IMG/VR virus record: IMGVR_UViG_3300049217_000117 | Span: 3,904 to 67,903 of that record | Strand: one strand, 5' to 3' | Length of the DNA: 64,000 bases | DNA from: a virus | In this document: piece by piece, positions 37,833-46,277 of the stretch | Layout of the letters: each line of letters begins with the position of its first letter | How positions within the stretch are numbered: position 1 is the first letter of the stretch | Notes under the pieces: model-generated | Told to the model about the DNA's origin: nothing | The model's database searches: none | Seen by the model: only the letters and a program-made list of their open reading frames with translations | Program-made: the position numbers and the translations under genes

Positions 37833-38636
37833 ATGGACGTAAAGGTATGCAATTATAGCTCTTCTGAGTTTGCCAAGGACTTTTTGGCATCTCTTCTCGA
37901 TACTGGATTCGCCGTGGTTACCAATCATGGGGTTTCAGAAGATTTGATTAGAGAAACACAGAGAGTCTGGAAGATGTTCTTCCTGGATGACCAGGATTAT
38001 AAACAGGCGTTCGTTAGTCCAGACGGCAACATGGGTTACAAGGGGTGGAAAACTGAAAAAGCTGTGGGTGCCAAGGTTCCAGATCTTAAGGAATTCTACC
38101 ACTGGCGTCCTGGCGGCAGACCCCTTCCTGCTTCCCTGAGTGGAACTACGTCTGATATTTTTGGTCAGCTAGAAGACGTTGGAATCAAGCTACTTGAGAT
38201 CCTAGGATATGCCGATTGTTGCAAAAACAGCAACAACACGATTCTTCGCACCATCTACTATCCGCCAGTAGCGACAGACGCCGAACCAGGCGCAGTGCGC
38301 AGCGCGGCCCACGAAGACATCAATTTCATCACATTGCTCGTGGCCGCTAGCGCTCCTGGACTACAAGTGAAAGATACGAAAGGAAACTGGCATGATGTTC
38401 CTCATGAAGAAAATTCTATTGTTGTCAATGTGGGCGATATGTTGCAGCTCGCTAGTGGTGGCCGTTTTAAGTCCACCACGCATCGAGTCGTCAATCCTGA
38501 TGACAGCACAAGTGATCGGATTTCTATGCCTCTTTTTGTACATCCAAATCCCGATACTGTTCTGGACGGCAAAGGGTTCACCGCTGGCGAGTTTTTGGCC
38601 CAACGCATTGCAGAAATTACGGCAGCGACAAAATAA
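37833..38636 (+). CDS. 2OG-Fe(II) oxygenase, isopenicillin N synthase family
   Basis: GFAVVTNHG, HED, NVGDML, H.V...R.S. Confidence 0.9.
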   Translation: MDVKVCNYSSSEFAKDFLASLLDTGFAVVTNHGVSEDLIRETQRVWKMFFLDDQDYKQAFVSPDGNMGYKGWKTEKAVGAKVPDLKEFYHWRPGGRPLPASLSGTTSDIFGQLEDVGIKLLEILGYADCCKNSNNTILRTIYYPPVATDAEPGAVRSAAHEDINFITLLVAASAPGLQVKDTKGNWHDVPHEENSIVVNVGDMLQLASGGRFKSTTHRVVNPDDSTSDRISMPLFVHPNPDTVLDGKGFTAGEFLAQRIAEITAATK

Positions 38637-38644
38637 GGTGTCCC

Positions 38645-38956
38645 GTGAAGTTAAAACTTCAGTTCGGACTCAATGAGCCGCCGCTACTATTCGACTGGCC
38701 TTCCAGGGTGGATGACTTTCCGGGCCTGGTCCTGTACAAGAAAACCAAATGGGAGTTCGTGATCTACGATGACGACGACACAGGAGAAGCTAAATACGTC
38801 TTCACATTCTCTCGGGTCCAGAACTACGATCCCAATTGGTACGCGACGACTTATGTAGACATCGACTCTTTGATCGCCTCTACGAAGGAGTGCGGTTGTG
38901 GTGCTAAGGGTGGTGAAGGTCACTTCCTATTCTGCCCCAAATGGACGAGGCTCTAA
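38645..38956 (+). CDS. hypothetical protein
   Basis: C-terminal CGCG...H...C. Confidence 0.6.
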   Translation: MKLKLQFGLNEPPLLFDWPSRVDDFPGLVLYKKTKWEFVIYDDDDTGEAKYVFTFSRVQNYDPNWYATTYVDIDSLIASTKECGCGAKGGEGHFLFCPKWTRL

Positions 38957-39162
38957 TGAGCAAGAAAGAAACGTTCGAACGGATCATTGCCTACGAGGTC
39001 AGAAAAGCTCTAAAAGAATCGTACGGCATGACTACAGATTTGACCGATAAGCAGAATCAGTTTGTGAGTTCGATTTCGGACAACCTTTACAAGTTATTCG
39101 GTGATTCTCTCACAGTAAAAGACCTTCAGGAGAAAGTTGATGCAGTTTCCAAGACTTTTTAA
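38956..39162 (+). CDS. hypothetical protein
   Basis: Coupled ORF. Confidence 0.55.
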   Translation: MSKKETFERIIAYEVRKALKESYGMTTDLTDKQNQFVSSISDNLYKLFGDSLTVKDLQEKVDAVSKTF

Positions 39163-40288
39163 GAAGACCTCTACCGGTGCCATTCAGTTCTGGGATATTT
39201 ATGGCGGGCGGAACATGCTTGGTACCGCAGGGCTCATCAAGACTGTCTACGGTCAGACTGGGACCGATTCTCCGCAGGAGACTAGCGAGCAAATAGAGAT
39301 CGGCAAAAACATCGGCAAAAAGAACGAAACTACGCCCTTTGAGCAGGCCGAATCTGAAGCTAAGTCCCGGTGGGAAAAGAAGAAAAAGTCAGGGTATGTC
39401 GAGGACGTAAGATCGGCAGAAAACGATGTTTTGGACGACCTAATTGAGGGCGGAATCGTCCCAATGTTGGCCCACAAATTCACCGATCATGGCCATAAGA
39501 TCAAATATCCAGCCTACGTTCAGCCTAAGCTGGACGGTATACGATGTATTGCGATTCTGAGGGACGGCAAATGCACCCTTTGGTCTCGTACCCGTAAGCC
39601 AATCAAGTCCATGCCTCACATCGTGGCTGAGATCGAAGCTATGAATATTCAGGGTGACATGGTTCTGGATGGCGAGCTTTACAATCACGAGTTCAAGTCC
39701 AACTTCGAGCACATCGTTTCCATGGTAAGACAAGACAAGAAGCCTGATCCGCGCTGTACCGATGTGGAATACCACGTTTATGACATTCCAGACCCGCTGA
39801 TGACGTTCGAGCAGCGATGGAAATGGCTATCGGATTGTTGGAAGCACGTAAATCCTGATGCCAAGTACTTGCGCTTGGTTGAAACCTCTCAGATCAATGA
39901 CGAATCGGAGGTCATGGAGTGGTTTGACGTGTTCCGTAAAAAGGGATACGAAGGGGCGATGCTCAGGAATGCCAAGGCCAAATACGTCAATAAGCGCAGC
40001 TATGACCTGCTAAAGGTGAAGGAGTTCGATGATGGTGAATTTGACATTATTGGAATTGATGAGGGTCGTGGAAAGCTCGCCGGACACGTTGGTGCTTTTG
40101 TGTGCAGGACGGACGATGGGAAAGAGTTCCTTGCTAAAATGTCTGGCGAAACAGAAAAACTCAAAGAGTACTTCGAAAACGCTCGTCTTTGGGAAGGCAA
40201 GCGACTTACGGTCCAATACCAAGGTCTCACGGGGGCAGCATCGGTTCCACGATTCCCTGTGGGCATTGCTATAAGAGACTACGAATGA
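39140..40288 (+). CDS. ATP-dependent DNA ligase
   Basis: QPKLDGIR, LDGELY, YHVYD, EGAM, LLKVK, RFP. Confidence 0.93.
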   Translation: MQFPRLFKKTSTGAIQFWDIYGGRNMLGTAGLIKTVYGQTGTDSPQETSEQIEIGKNIGKKNETTPFEQAESEAKSRWEKKKKSGYVEDVRSAENDVLDDLIEGGIVPMLAHKFTDHGHKIKYPAYVQPKLDGIRCIAILRDGKCTLWSRTRKPIKSMPHIVAEIEAMNIQGDMVLDGELYNHEFKSNFEHIVSMVRQDKKPDPRCTDVEYHVYDIPDPLMTFEQRWKWLSDCWKHVNPDAKYLRLVETSQINDESEVMEWFDVFRKKGYEGAMLRNAKAKYVNKRSYDLLKVKEFDDGEFDIIGIDEGRGKLAGHVGAFVCRTDDGKEFLAKMSGETEKLKEYFENARLWEGKRLTVQYQGLTGAASVPRFPVGIAIRDYE

Positions 40289-40455
40289 GCGAGCAAAATC
40301 CTTCTTCTAAAGATATAGACGTGCAGACCCGCGAAGGTCTGGAAAAGCTTAAAGTGAAAGCGAAGTACTATGGTCACTACGCTGAGCAACTGAAGGTTCT
40401 GGAATTGATAAAGGAGATTGAGAGGCTTCGCGGCCTTATCGGACATAAGTTTTAG
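40285..40455 (+). CDS. hypothetical protein
   Basis: ATGA overlap with the ligase gene. Confidence 0.5.
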   Translation: MSEQNPSSKDIDVQTREGLEKLKVKAKYYGHYAEQLKVLELIKEIERLRGLIGHKF

Positions 40456-40846
40456 GTTACCCTTGCAAACCTAGGATACTGCACAAAGGGCGTATATGAG
40501 AAGTCTTACTCCGATAACTAAGACCACTTTGGGGAGCCGAAAGTATAAATCGGCCAACTTTATCGCCTCCGGTGTCTTGGGTTAGGAGGGATGTCGCGCA
40601 ATCGGCGTCGATCAAGCAAGACTAGTCCGACTGTGATTTCAGTCGGCGGGACTCAGGCGACGAGCGTCTGAGCGTAAGCATACTGACCGTCAACGAATGC
40701 CGCGTGGGAACCGTGCGAAAACGGACCAAATTTAGCCCTGTGTAGGGCAGGAGAGCTTAGGAGGCTAAAACTGGCGCAGCCCTCCGAGCTGGACAATCTC
40801 TCGGCGCCTAAAATAAATATGCTCGGCGGGCCTTACTAGTCCGCCG
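40456..40846 (+). ncRNA. candidate large structured ncRNA (strand uncertain)
   Basis: About 390 nt without a credible gene, with ~10 successive hairpins. Confidence 0.55.
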
Positions 40847-41611
40847 CTATTTCTTTTGTTTCGAATAGGCGTCGTGATTTTCTGACTTGTAGGAGACTTT
40901 TCCGAACTCGTCGAATCCGAACCCCTTGGATAGGTACACAAGTGTGCAGCGACAATGAGGATGCAGACCAAAAGCAGACGGAGAGTCCTCTCCGCGCCTA
41001 TGATAGCCCTGCTTAAGCTCGCTGAATTTCCATAGCCTGGGCGTAGATCCGTCGGGCATTAGGTGGAGTCGAATGCATTCATTACAAGTAGACTGGTCCT
41101 TGAAGACCGCGAAGAAAACGGTAGGGTCATCGTCTCCTAGGTCGGACGCCACGCGGGTAATATCCATCATATGACCAAGATTTCTGAGCTTAGTGCTCTC
41201 GCTCTCGGCGATGGCCTTCATGTGAGATCTGGCTTTTCTCATCTCTTCACTGACAGCAGCCTGAACGTCTTCCTCGCTCAGAGTCTCGTTTCTAACGCTA
41301 GCTTCGCGAGCCAGAGCGTCGATTCTTTCGACGATGTTCGCCTTAGTCTTGTTCTTGAGAGATTCGATGTAACCAAAGGCGCTGTTTAGCATGCCTTTCA
41401 AGAAGTCCTTTTCGACTTCGTTGGGACTTCTGTTGCCCATCGCTTGGACAAATAGATGCGCAAGGCCAAGATTTCTCTGGCCGCTGATCACTAGGGTCTT
41501 TTTGCCCTGAAGCTTGGGGATGTTGCCAATGAAATGGAGAGCAATCCGGTCAAAGATGTTCTCTACGACCCCATCGAGGGCTTCTTTAGCTCTAGAGGAT
41601 ATTCCTAGCAC
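40847..41611 (-). CDS. MuF-like head morphogenesis protein
   Basis: C..C and HPHCRC; near the portal gene. Confidence 0.7.
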   Translation of the reverse strand: MLGISSRAKEALDGVVENIFDRIALHFIGNIPKLQGKKTLVISGQRNLGLAHLFVQAMGNRSPNEVEKDFLKGMLNSAFGYIESLKNKTKANIVERIDALAREASVRNETLSEEDVQAAVSEEMRKARSHMKAIAESESTKLRNLGHMMDITRVASDLGDDDPTVFFAVFKDQSTCNECIRLHLMPDGSTPRLWKFSELKQGYHRRGEDSPSAFGLHPHCRCTLVYLSKGFGFDEFGKVSYKSENHDAYSKQKK

Positions 41612-41614
41612 GGA

Positions 41615-42313
41615 TTACCCCTTATTGGTCAGACCTTCGATATTGAGGATTGCACCGATGTCCTTGGCGCCTTTACGTTCTTCCTCTTCCATCTTCTTCA
41701 TCACGTCATCGACGATCTTATGTTGCAAAGACACAGCGCTCTTTGCATTGGAAGAGAGGTTGTGCGAAGCCTGTCTGCTCATTTTGAAAGACGGCTTATG
41801 GAGTGCCTTGGCGATGTTTTTGATCGCAAGCTCGTTTTTCTTCATTTGCACAGCGAGCTGTTCTGCCTTTCTCATCACCTTCAAGTTCTCAAGAGATTTC
41901 AAGATCTCCTTGTCACCGGATAGGTTTTCAGACTTAGCAATAGCTTGTTCAAGCTTGGAGATGTGCTGATCTAGTTCAGTAGGTTGTCCTGCCATAGGCT
42001 CTGGAGCGCCATTCTGGACAGGCTGTCCAGGTTCTTGTCCAGATTCACCAGGAGCATCCGGAGGCCCACCTGCTTCTGGTCCGCCGCCCTCACCGCCAAG
42101 CTGGCCTGGCTGCCCAGATTGTCCACCGGAAGCTTCGGCTTGCATCTGAGCTACTTCCATAGCCTGTGCGTCGGCCTGAGCCTGCATCGTTTGATCCATC
42201 TGAGCCTGTTGACCACCCTGTTCGAAGCCCAATCTAAAGGCCATGTCGAGGTCGTTCATGTACTTCGCACGAAGTTCCATGTACTTATTTTTGTAATTGA
42301 TCTCTGCGCTCAT
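41615..42313 (-). CDS. hypothetical protein (portal-adjacent, Q/G/P-rich)
   Basis: Coupled to the portal gene. Confidence 0.7.
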   Translation of the reverse strand: MSAEINYKNKYMELRAKYMNDLDMAFRLGFEQGGQQAQMDQTMQAQADAQAMEVAQMQAEASGGQSGQPGQLGGEGGGPEAGGPPDAPGESGQEPGQPVQNGAPEPMAGQPTELDQHISKLEQAIAKSENLSGDKEILKSLENLKVMRKAEQLAVQMKKNELAIKNIAKALHKPSFKMSRQASHNLSSNAKSAVSLQHKIVDDVMKKMEEEERKGAKDIGAILNIEGLTNKG

Positions 42314-44154
42314 TATACATTTTCCTCTTCAAGGGAATCTTGGACTAGCATCTTAAGCTGTTCCATCGCGTACGGTCTAGGAGCAAATAGCGCCTGCACC
42401 GCCAGCGGATTGACTTGGGCCATAAGCTGAAGGTTCTGGAGGTCAAACGGGTCTCTCCTATACCTAAGAAGCGGGTCCACAAAAGCTGAGTTGTCGCCAA
42501 AGAGTTCTCCGGTGACTTCACCGACTCTCTTATACTTGTCGATGATAAGCTGCCAGCGCTCGTTGAACGGGAACTGCCCGCCCATGAATCTGCCAACAGG
42601 TTCTTTGTCAACCTCGTGCAGAACCTCATCGTAGGTCATATGAGTAGGCATGTCCTGTTGGAGACGCGTACTCTCTTGTTCTTTTGACTGAGCGTCAATG
42701 CCGCTGAACTTGATCTCGCAGATCTTAGCTAGCAGAGGATCGATGATTGGAAACAGAATCTCGTTGAAGAAGGTCTGGAACTTCAGGATCAGAGGGCGCA
42801 GGCCGGTATCACGAGCTGCGGTGAGCTTGAACTCATTGTTCGACTCAGATAGAGTCTGACTGTTCGTGCCCTTGGTCAGATGGCTATAGCCAGGAAGTTC
42901 GTCTGGCGACATCGAGAAGGCAGACATGATGTTACGAGCGATCTGGTCATACATGAACTGGAAGTCACCATCGTGGAGACCTTCGCCAGTGAACGGAACC
43001 CAATCAACCTTGTCCTTGATGCCCATGCCGAAGATCGGAGTGCGGAAGGAGTTGGCGACGTTGTTGATAGAAGCGTTGAACTGTAGCTTCACATTGTCCA
43101 TCACTGCCTGGTCAACTTCGTCAGATTGAATGACGAGCATGCCCTTAGAGGCACGGCCATTCTGGAAGTAGAGCTTCTTATATGCGTCGATGGAGATATG
43201 GGTCGTGACCGAGCTAACACAGGTATCGAGCGGAGAAACGGGATACCCGTTCATTTCGATATCGGTGCAAGGGAACAGGTTGAAAACGAGCATCTCATCA
43301 TGCGTAAACGCCTGGCGAGGAGTGCCGTCGATCACCTGCAACCACGCATAGTGGTCTTCCTTGAGCTTGTGTAGATCGATATTTGGCTTATCTCCAGTGA
43401 TGCTTTCCAGCATTCTCATGGCGATTTCACGCAGGTTGTTGCCTACGTACTCGCCCTTGCGGACTGCGCGGTAAATAGTAGCCACGTCAACTGGACGGAA
43501 ACGATGGAAAGGATAGTTACCATCGGCATCGGGCTGGGTCTCGCGGTCGTAGATAACTTCCGTAGCGAACCTTCCGAAGTTGAGACCGTTCTGAGTTTGA
43601 ATGTCGATGAATTGCGCCAGGGTCATCTTATCCTGGTGCTCAATACCAGAAGTGTGACCGCAATGTAGCAGGATGGCTTCAAAGCGTTTCATTCTGGCCG
43701 TGGCTTTTTCGTACTGCTCTGGAGTCAGGATGTCGTAGAATTCTTTCTTGAGGGCAATTTGCATGCCGATATCAAATCGGTCCACCTGGATATGGCCAAA
43801 AAGACTAAGCATGCTGCCACGAGCGCGTAGGATCGCAGCGACAAGGTGATCTTGAATTCGGATCTGTTTGAGAACTTCGTCAGGAAGAAGCCTACGCTTA
43901 GACTTGAAGAGGCCTAGGTAGTTGTCTGTCGGCGCAGGGTTTTCAGTGAATGAGAGCCTAGGAGCCTTTTTATTGGCCGAGCCGCTTGCGCTTTGCAGAG
44001 CGTACATCAAGGGGCTAGCAGGATTTTCCTGTTTGTAGCCAGCCTTCTCAAGAGCTTCAACGGCGCCTTCGCTCATAGCGAATACCATCTTGCCAGGCTT
44101 ACTGATAGCCTGCGCTGCTTGGACGGCTGCGTCTTTGTTGATCTCTTCGGTCAT
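42313..44154 (-). CDS. portal protein
   Basis: FRPVD.ATI, GYPVSPLD, YFQNG..SKGML, DFQF, F.MSPDEL, GLRPL. Confidence 0.9.
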   Translation of the reverse strand: MTEEINKDAAVQAAQAISKPGKMVFAMSEGAVEALEKAGYKQENPASPLMYALQSASGSANKKAPRLSFTENPAPTDNYLGLFKSKRRLLPDEVLKQIRIQDHLVAAILRARGSMLSLFGHIQVDRFDIGMQIALKKEFYDILTPEQYEKATARMKRFEAILLHCGHTSGIEHQDKMTLAQFIDIQTQNGLNFGRFATEVIYDRETQPDADGNYPFHRFRPVDVATIYRAVRKGEYVGNNLREIAMRMLESITGDKPNIDLHKLKEDHYAWLQVIDGTPRQAFTHDEMLVFNLFPCTDIEMNGYPVSPLDTCVSSVTTHISIDAYKKLYFQNGRASKGMLVIQSDEVDQAVMDNVKLQFNASINNVANSFRTPIFGMGIKDKVDWVPFTGEGLHDGDFQFMYDQIARNIMSAFSMSPDELPGYSHLTKGTNSQTLSESNNEFKLTAARDTGLRPLILKFQTFFNEILFPIIDPLLAKICEIKFSGIDAQSKEQESTRLQQDMPTHMTYDEVLHEVDKEPVGRFMGGQFPFNERWQLIIDKYKRVGEVTGELFGDNSAFVDPLLRYRRDPFDLQNLQLMAQVNPLAVQALFAPRPYAMEQLKMLVQDSLEEENV

Positions 44155-44161
44155 ACGAGTC

Positions 44162-44683
44162 CTATATCACACGGTTGCCTTTCTTTATGTTCTCAGCAGC
44201 CCACATTGGCTCTAAGTTTCTGTAAAGACAAGCATTCTTAAAAGATTCGGAGCCTTCTTTGTAGGCTATCGACAGAGGATGGCGATGATCAACTTGCCAT
44301 TGACCGTAGTTTTCCCAGGTCATTCCAAGTTGAAAAAGGCCTTCTATGTGACTTTTGAATTGACCGAAAGAGCATCCCAAAGACTTTGAAAATCCCTTTT
44401 GGCCTCTAACGAAAGAGTTAACTCTTACTCTTGCGTTAAACATCGCTCTGAACGAAGCATCTTTCTTGAGTCTTTCTGTATTGTATTTGATGTGCCTTTT
44501 TTGAATTGAATCTTTGTTCGCTAAATAATACGCCCTGCACGCTTCCCTATGACTTTCTTTGTTTTTTTGATAGTTCGATTTTACGCAGGCTTTGCAATAC
44601 GCACCGATCCCTTCTTTCCTGCTCTTGTTTTTAGGAAAGTCGGACAGGTCTTTGAGATGCTTGCACTGAGCGCAATTTTTCAT
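44162..44683 (-). CDS. HNH-type homing endonuclease (FQxGMTWEN family)
   Basis: GMTWENYGQWQVDH...NLEPMW. Confidence 0.8.
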   Translation of the reverse strand: MKNCAQCKHLKDLSDFPKNKSRKEGIGAYCKACVKSNYQKNKESHREACRAYYLANKDSIQKRHIKYNTERLKKDASFRAMFNARVRVNSFVRGQKGFSKSLGCSFGQFKSHIEGLFQLGMTWENYGQWQVDHRHPLSIAYKEGSESFKNACLYRNLEPMWAAENIKKGNRVI

Positions 44684-45634
44684 TTACTCTACCGTCGCCA
44701 AAAACAGTGCGGCTGTATCTGTACCGATATTAGTTACGGACATTGAATATTGAGTTGAAGTCCTTACAAAAATACCTGGCTGTGTAGAGCTGAGCGATAT
44801 GAGAGGCTCAATTTCACCAGCGGCAGATCCATTGATCGACAAAGAAATATGTCCATCTGATTCCAGATATACGAACTTTTTAGCAGCCGAGTAAGCTGCG
44901 ATAGCCTGCGTCGTGATAGGGCCTTCGGCAGGAAGAATATCTGCGGAGAAAAACTCTAAAAACTCCGCACCGACTGCGGAGATCTTGTAGGCTCCCTGCG
45001 TAACCGAGGAGAACCCTCCGCTGATTACCAGAGTGTCTCCCACCTGTACTCCTGCGGCAGAGTAGATCTGAAGCTGAGATGCAAAGCCAGCGCCTAGCGT
45101 AATAGGGCCTTCGGCCACGCCAAGTTCATTAGCAACGGTGAAGCTGGTCGCGGTCAGGGCGATGATTTTCTGCTCGCCTTGGTTTGACTGATTAAAAAGG
45201 TCACCTAATCTGACATAATCACCAACAACTGCGCCGCCAGAGATGAGGTTGAGAGCCGTTCCGCCAGTTGAGGCGAAGGTAACTAGGGGGCCGTTGATCG
45301 TTGCAGTTATTTGCGTTGTTGCGTCCGCCCCTGGCGCACGAGGCGTCCTGAAATCAGGAGCCGTGCCGCCAACATTGGTCAAAACATACGTATTCGTACT
45401 CAGGGGCTTTAGGGAGATGCTGTACTGCGTCGATCCATCTTGGCCTAAAGTACGAGAGCCGTTGAACAGTGTTTTTGTCTCACCAGGAGCCAACAGAAAT
45501 GCCAGGCTTTGCGCATTGTTAACTGCGAGTCCATTGACTTCCCTGTCCCATCTGAAATTACTCAACGACGGCTGGTTGGACGAATTTGCGTCCTCGTAAG
45601 CATTTAGAAATACCAAGAAATTGAATATAGCCAT
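44684..45634 (-). CDS. putative virion structural protein
   Basis: S/T/G/A-rich; AATCTT upstream. Confidence 0.6.
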   Translation of the reverse strand: MAIFNFLVFLNAYEDANSSNQPSLSNFRWDREVNGLAVNNAQSLAFLLAPGETKTLFNGSRTLGQDGSTQYSISLKPLSTNTYVLTNVGGTAPDFRTPRAPGADATTQITATINGPLVTFASTGGTALNLISGGAVVGDYVRLGDLFNQSNQGEQKIIALTATSFTVANELGVAEGPITLGAGFASQLQIYSAAGVQVGDTLVISGGFSSVTQGAYKISAVGAEFLEFFSADILPAEGPITTQAIAAYSAAKKFVYLESDGHISLSINGSAAGEIEPLISLSSTQPGIFVRTSTQYSMSVTNIGTDTAALFLATVE

Positions 45635-45661
45635 CGTTTTGACCTCTTCGAGTTAAGATTG

Positions 45662-46258
45662 CTAGAGATAGGAGAACGTAAAATACCATTTCAGACGCTT
45701 ACGCTGGCCCTTCAATACTCTACTTATTTGCTTTGGCTTCACGTTGAAAGCAGCGGCACAGTCCATGACCGATGACCAAATCTGACCGGTTTCATTGCAT
45801 TTTATGGGCTTTTTCACAGCTTCGTGAATTTTATCCATGTGCTGAGCCATATGGGGTCTTTTCAGACCTCTGTTAGCAGCTGCGATCTTCTCTTTTGATT
45901 CTTCGGTATGTTTTTTGCCCTTCCAGGGATGGTTTTTCCATTTGTAGCCGAGACACCCTCCGCCTCCGGCAACTAGGTTGTAACCATTAGGAACGAGAGT
46001 ATCGTTATCTTTTATATATTTTATTTCAGCTATATCTAATTGATATTTTAGATCTTTTTTGTTTTCTGTATTTATTTCACATAGGACAATCAATACGAAA
46101 TTTTCTTTCCCGTATTTTTTGATTGCTCGTTTAAGTAGAACAGAATTACTTCTCTCCGCAAAATGTTCATGAAATCTTTCAGTTACGTTTCTGGACGTTT
46201 GTCCTATATAACTGGTTCCATTTGTCTTATTTTCTATTTTGTATATATAACCCTTCAT
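45662..46258 (-). CDS. GIY-YIG homing endonuclease (NUMOD3)
   Basis: GYIY...YIGQT, GYN...GG, KHTEESKEKI. Confidence 0.9.
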   Translation of the reverse strand: MKGYIYKIENKTNGTSYIGQTSRNVTERFHEHFAERSNSVLLKRAIKKYGKENFVLIVLCEINTENKKDLKYQLDIAEIKYIKDNDTLVPNGYNLVAGGGGCLGYKWKNHPWKGKKHTEESKEKIAAANRGLKRPHMAQHMDKIHEAVKKPIKCNETGQIWSSVMDCAAAFNVKPKQISRVLKGQRKRLKWYFTFSYL

Positions 46259-46277
46259 AATTATTAAGATTACTTCT

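Noticed and set aside
40456-40846. tmRNA or RNase P assignment
   Set aside because: No T-arm/CCA end and no GAGGAAAGUCC signature seen.
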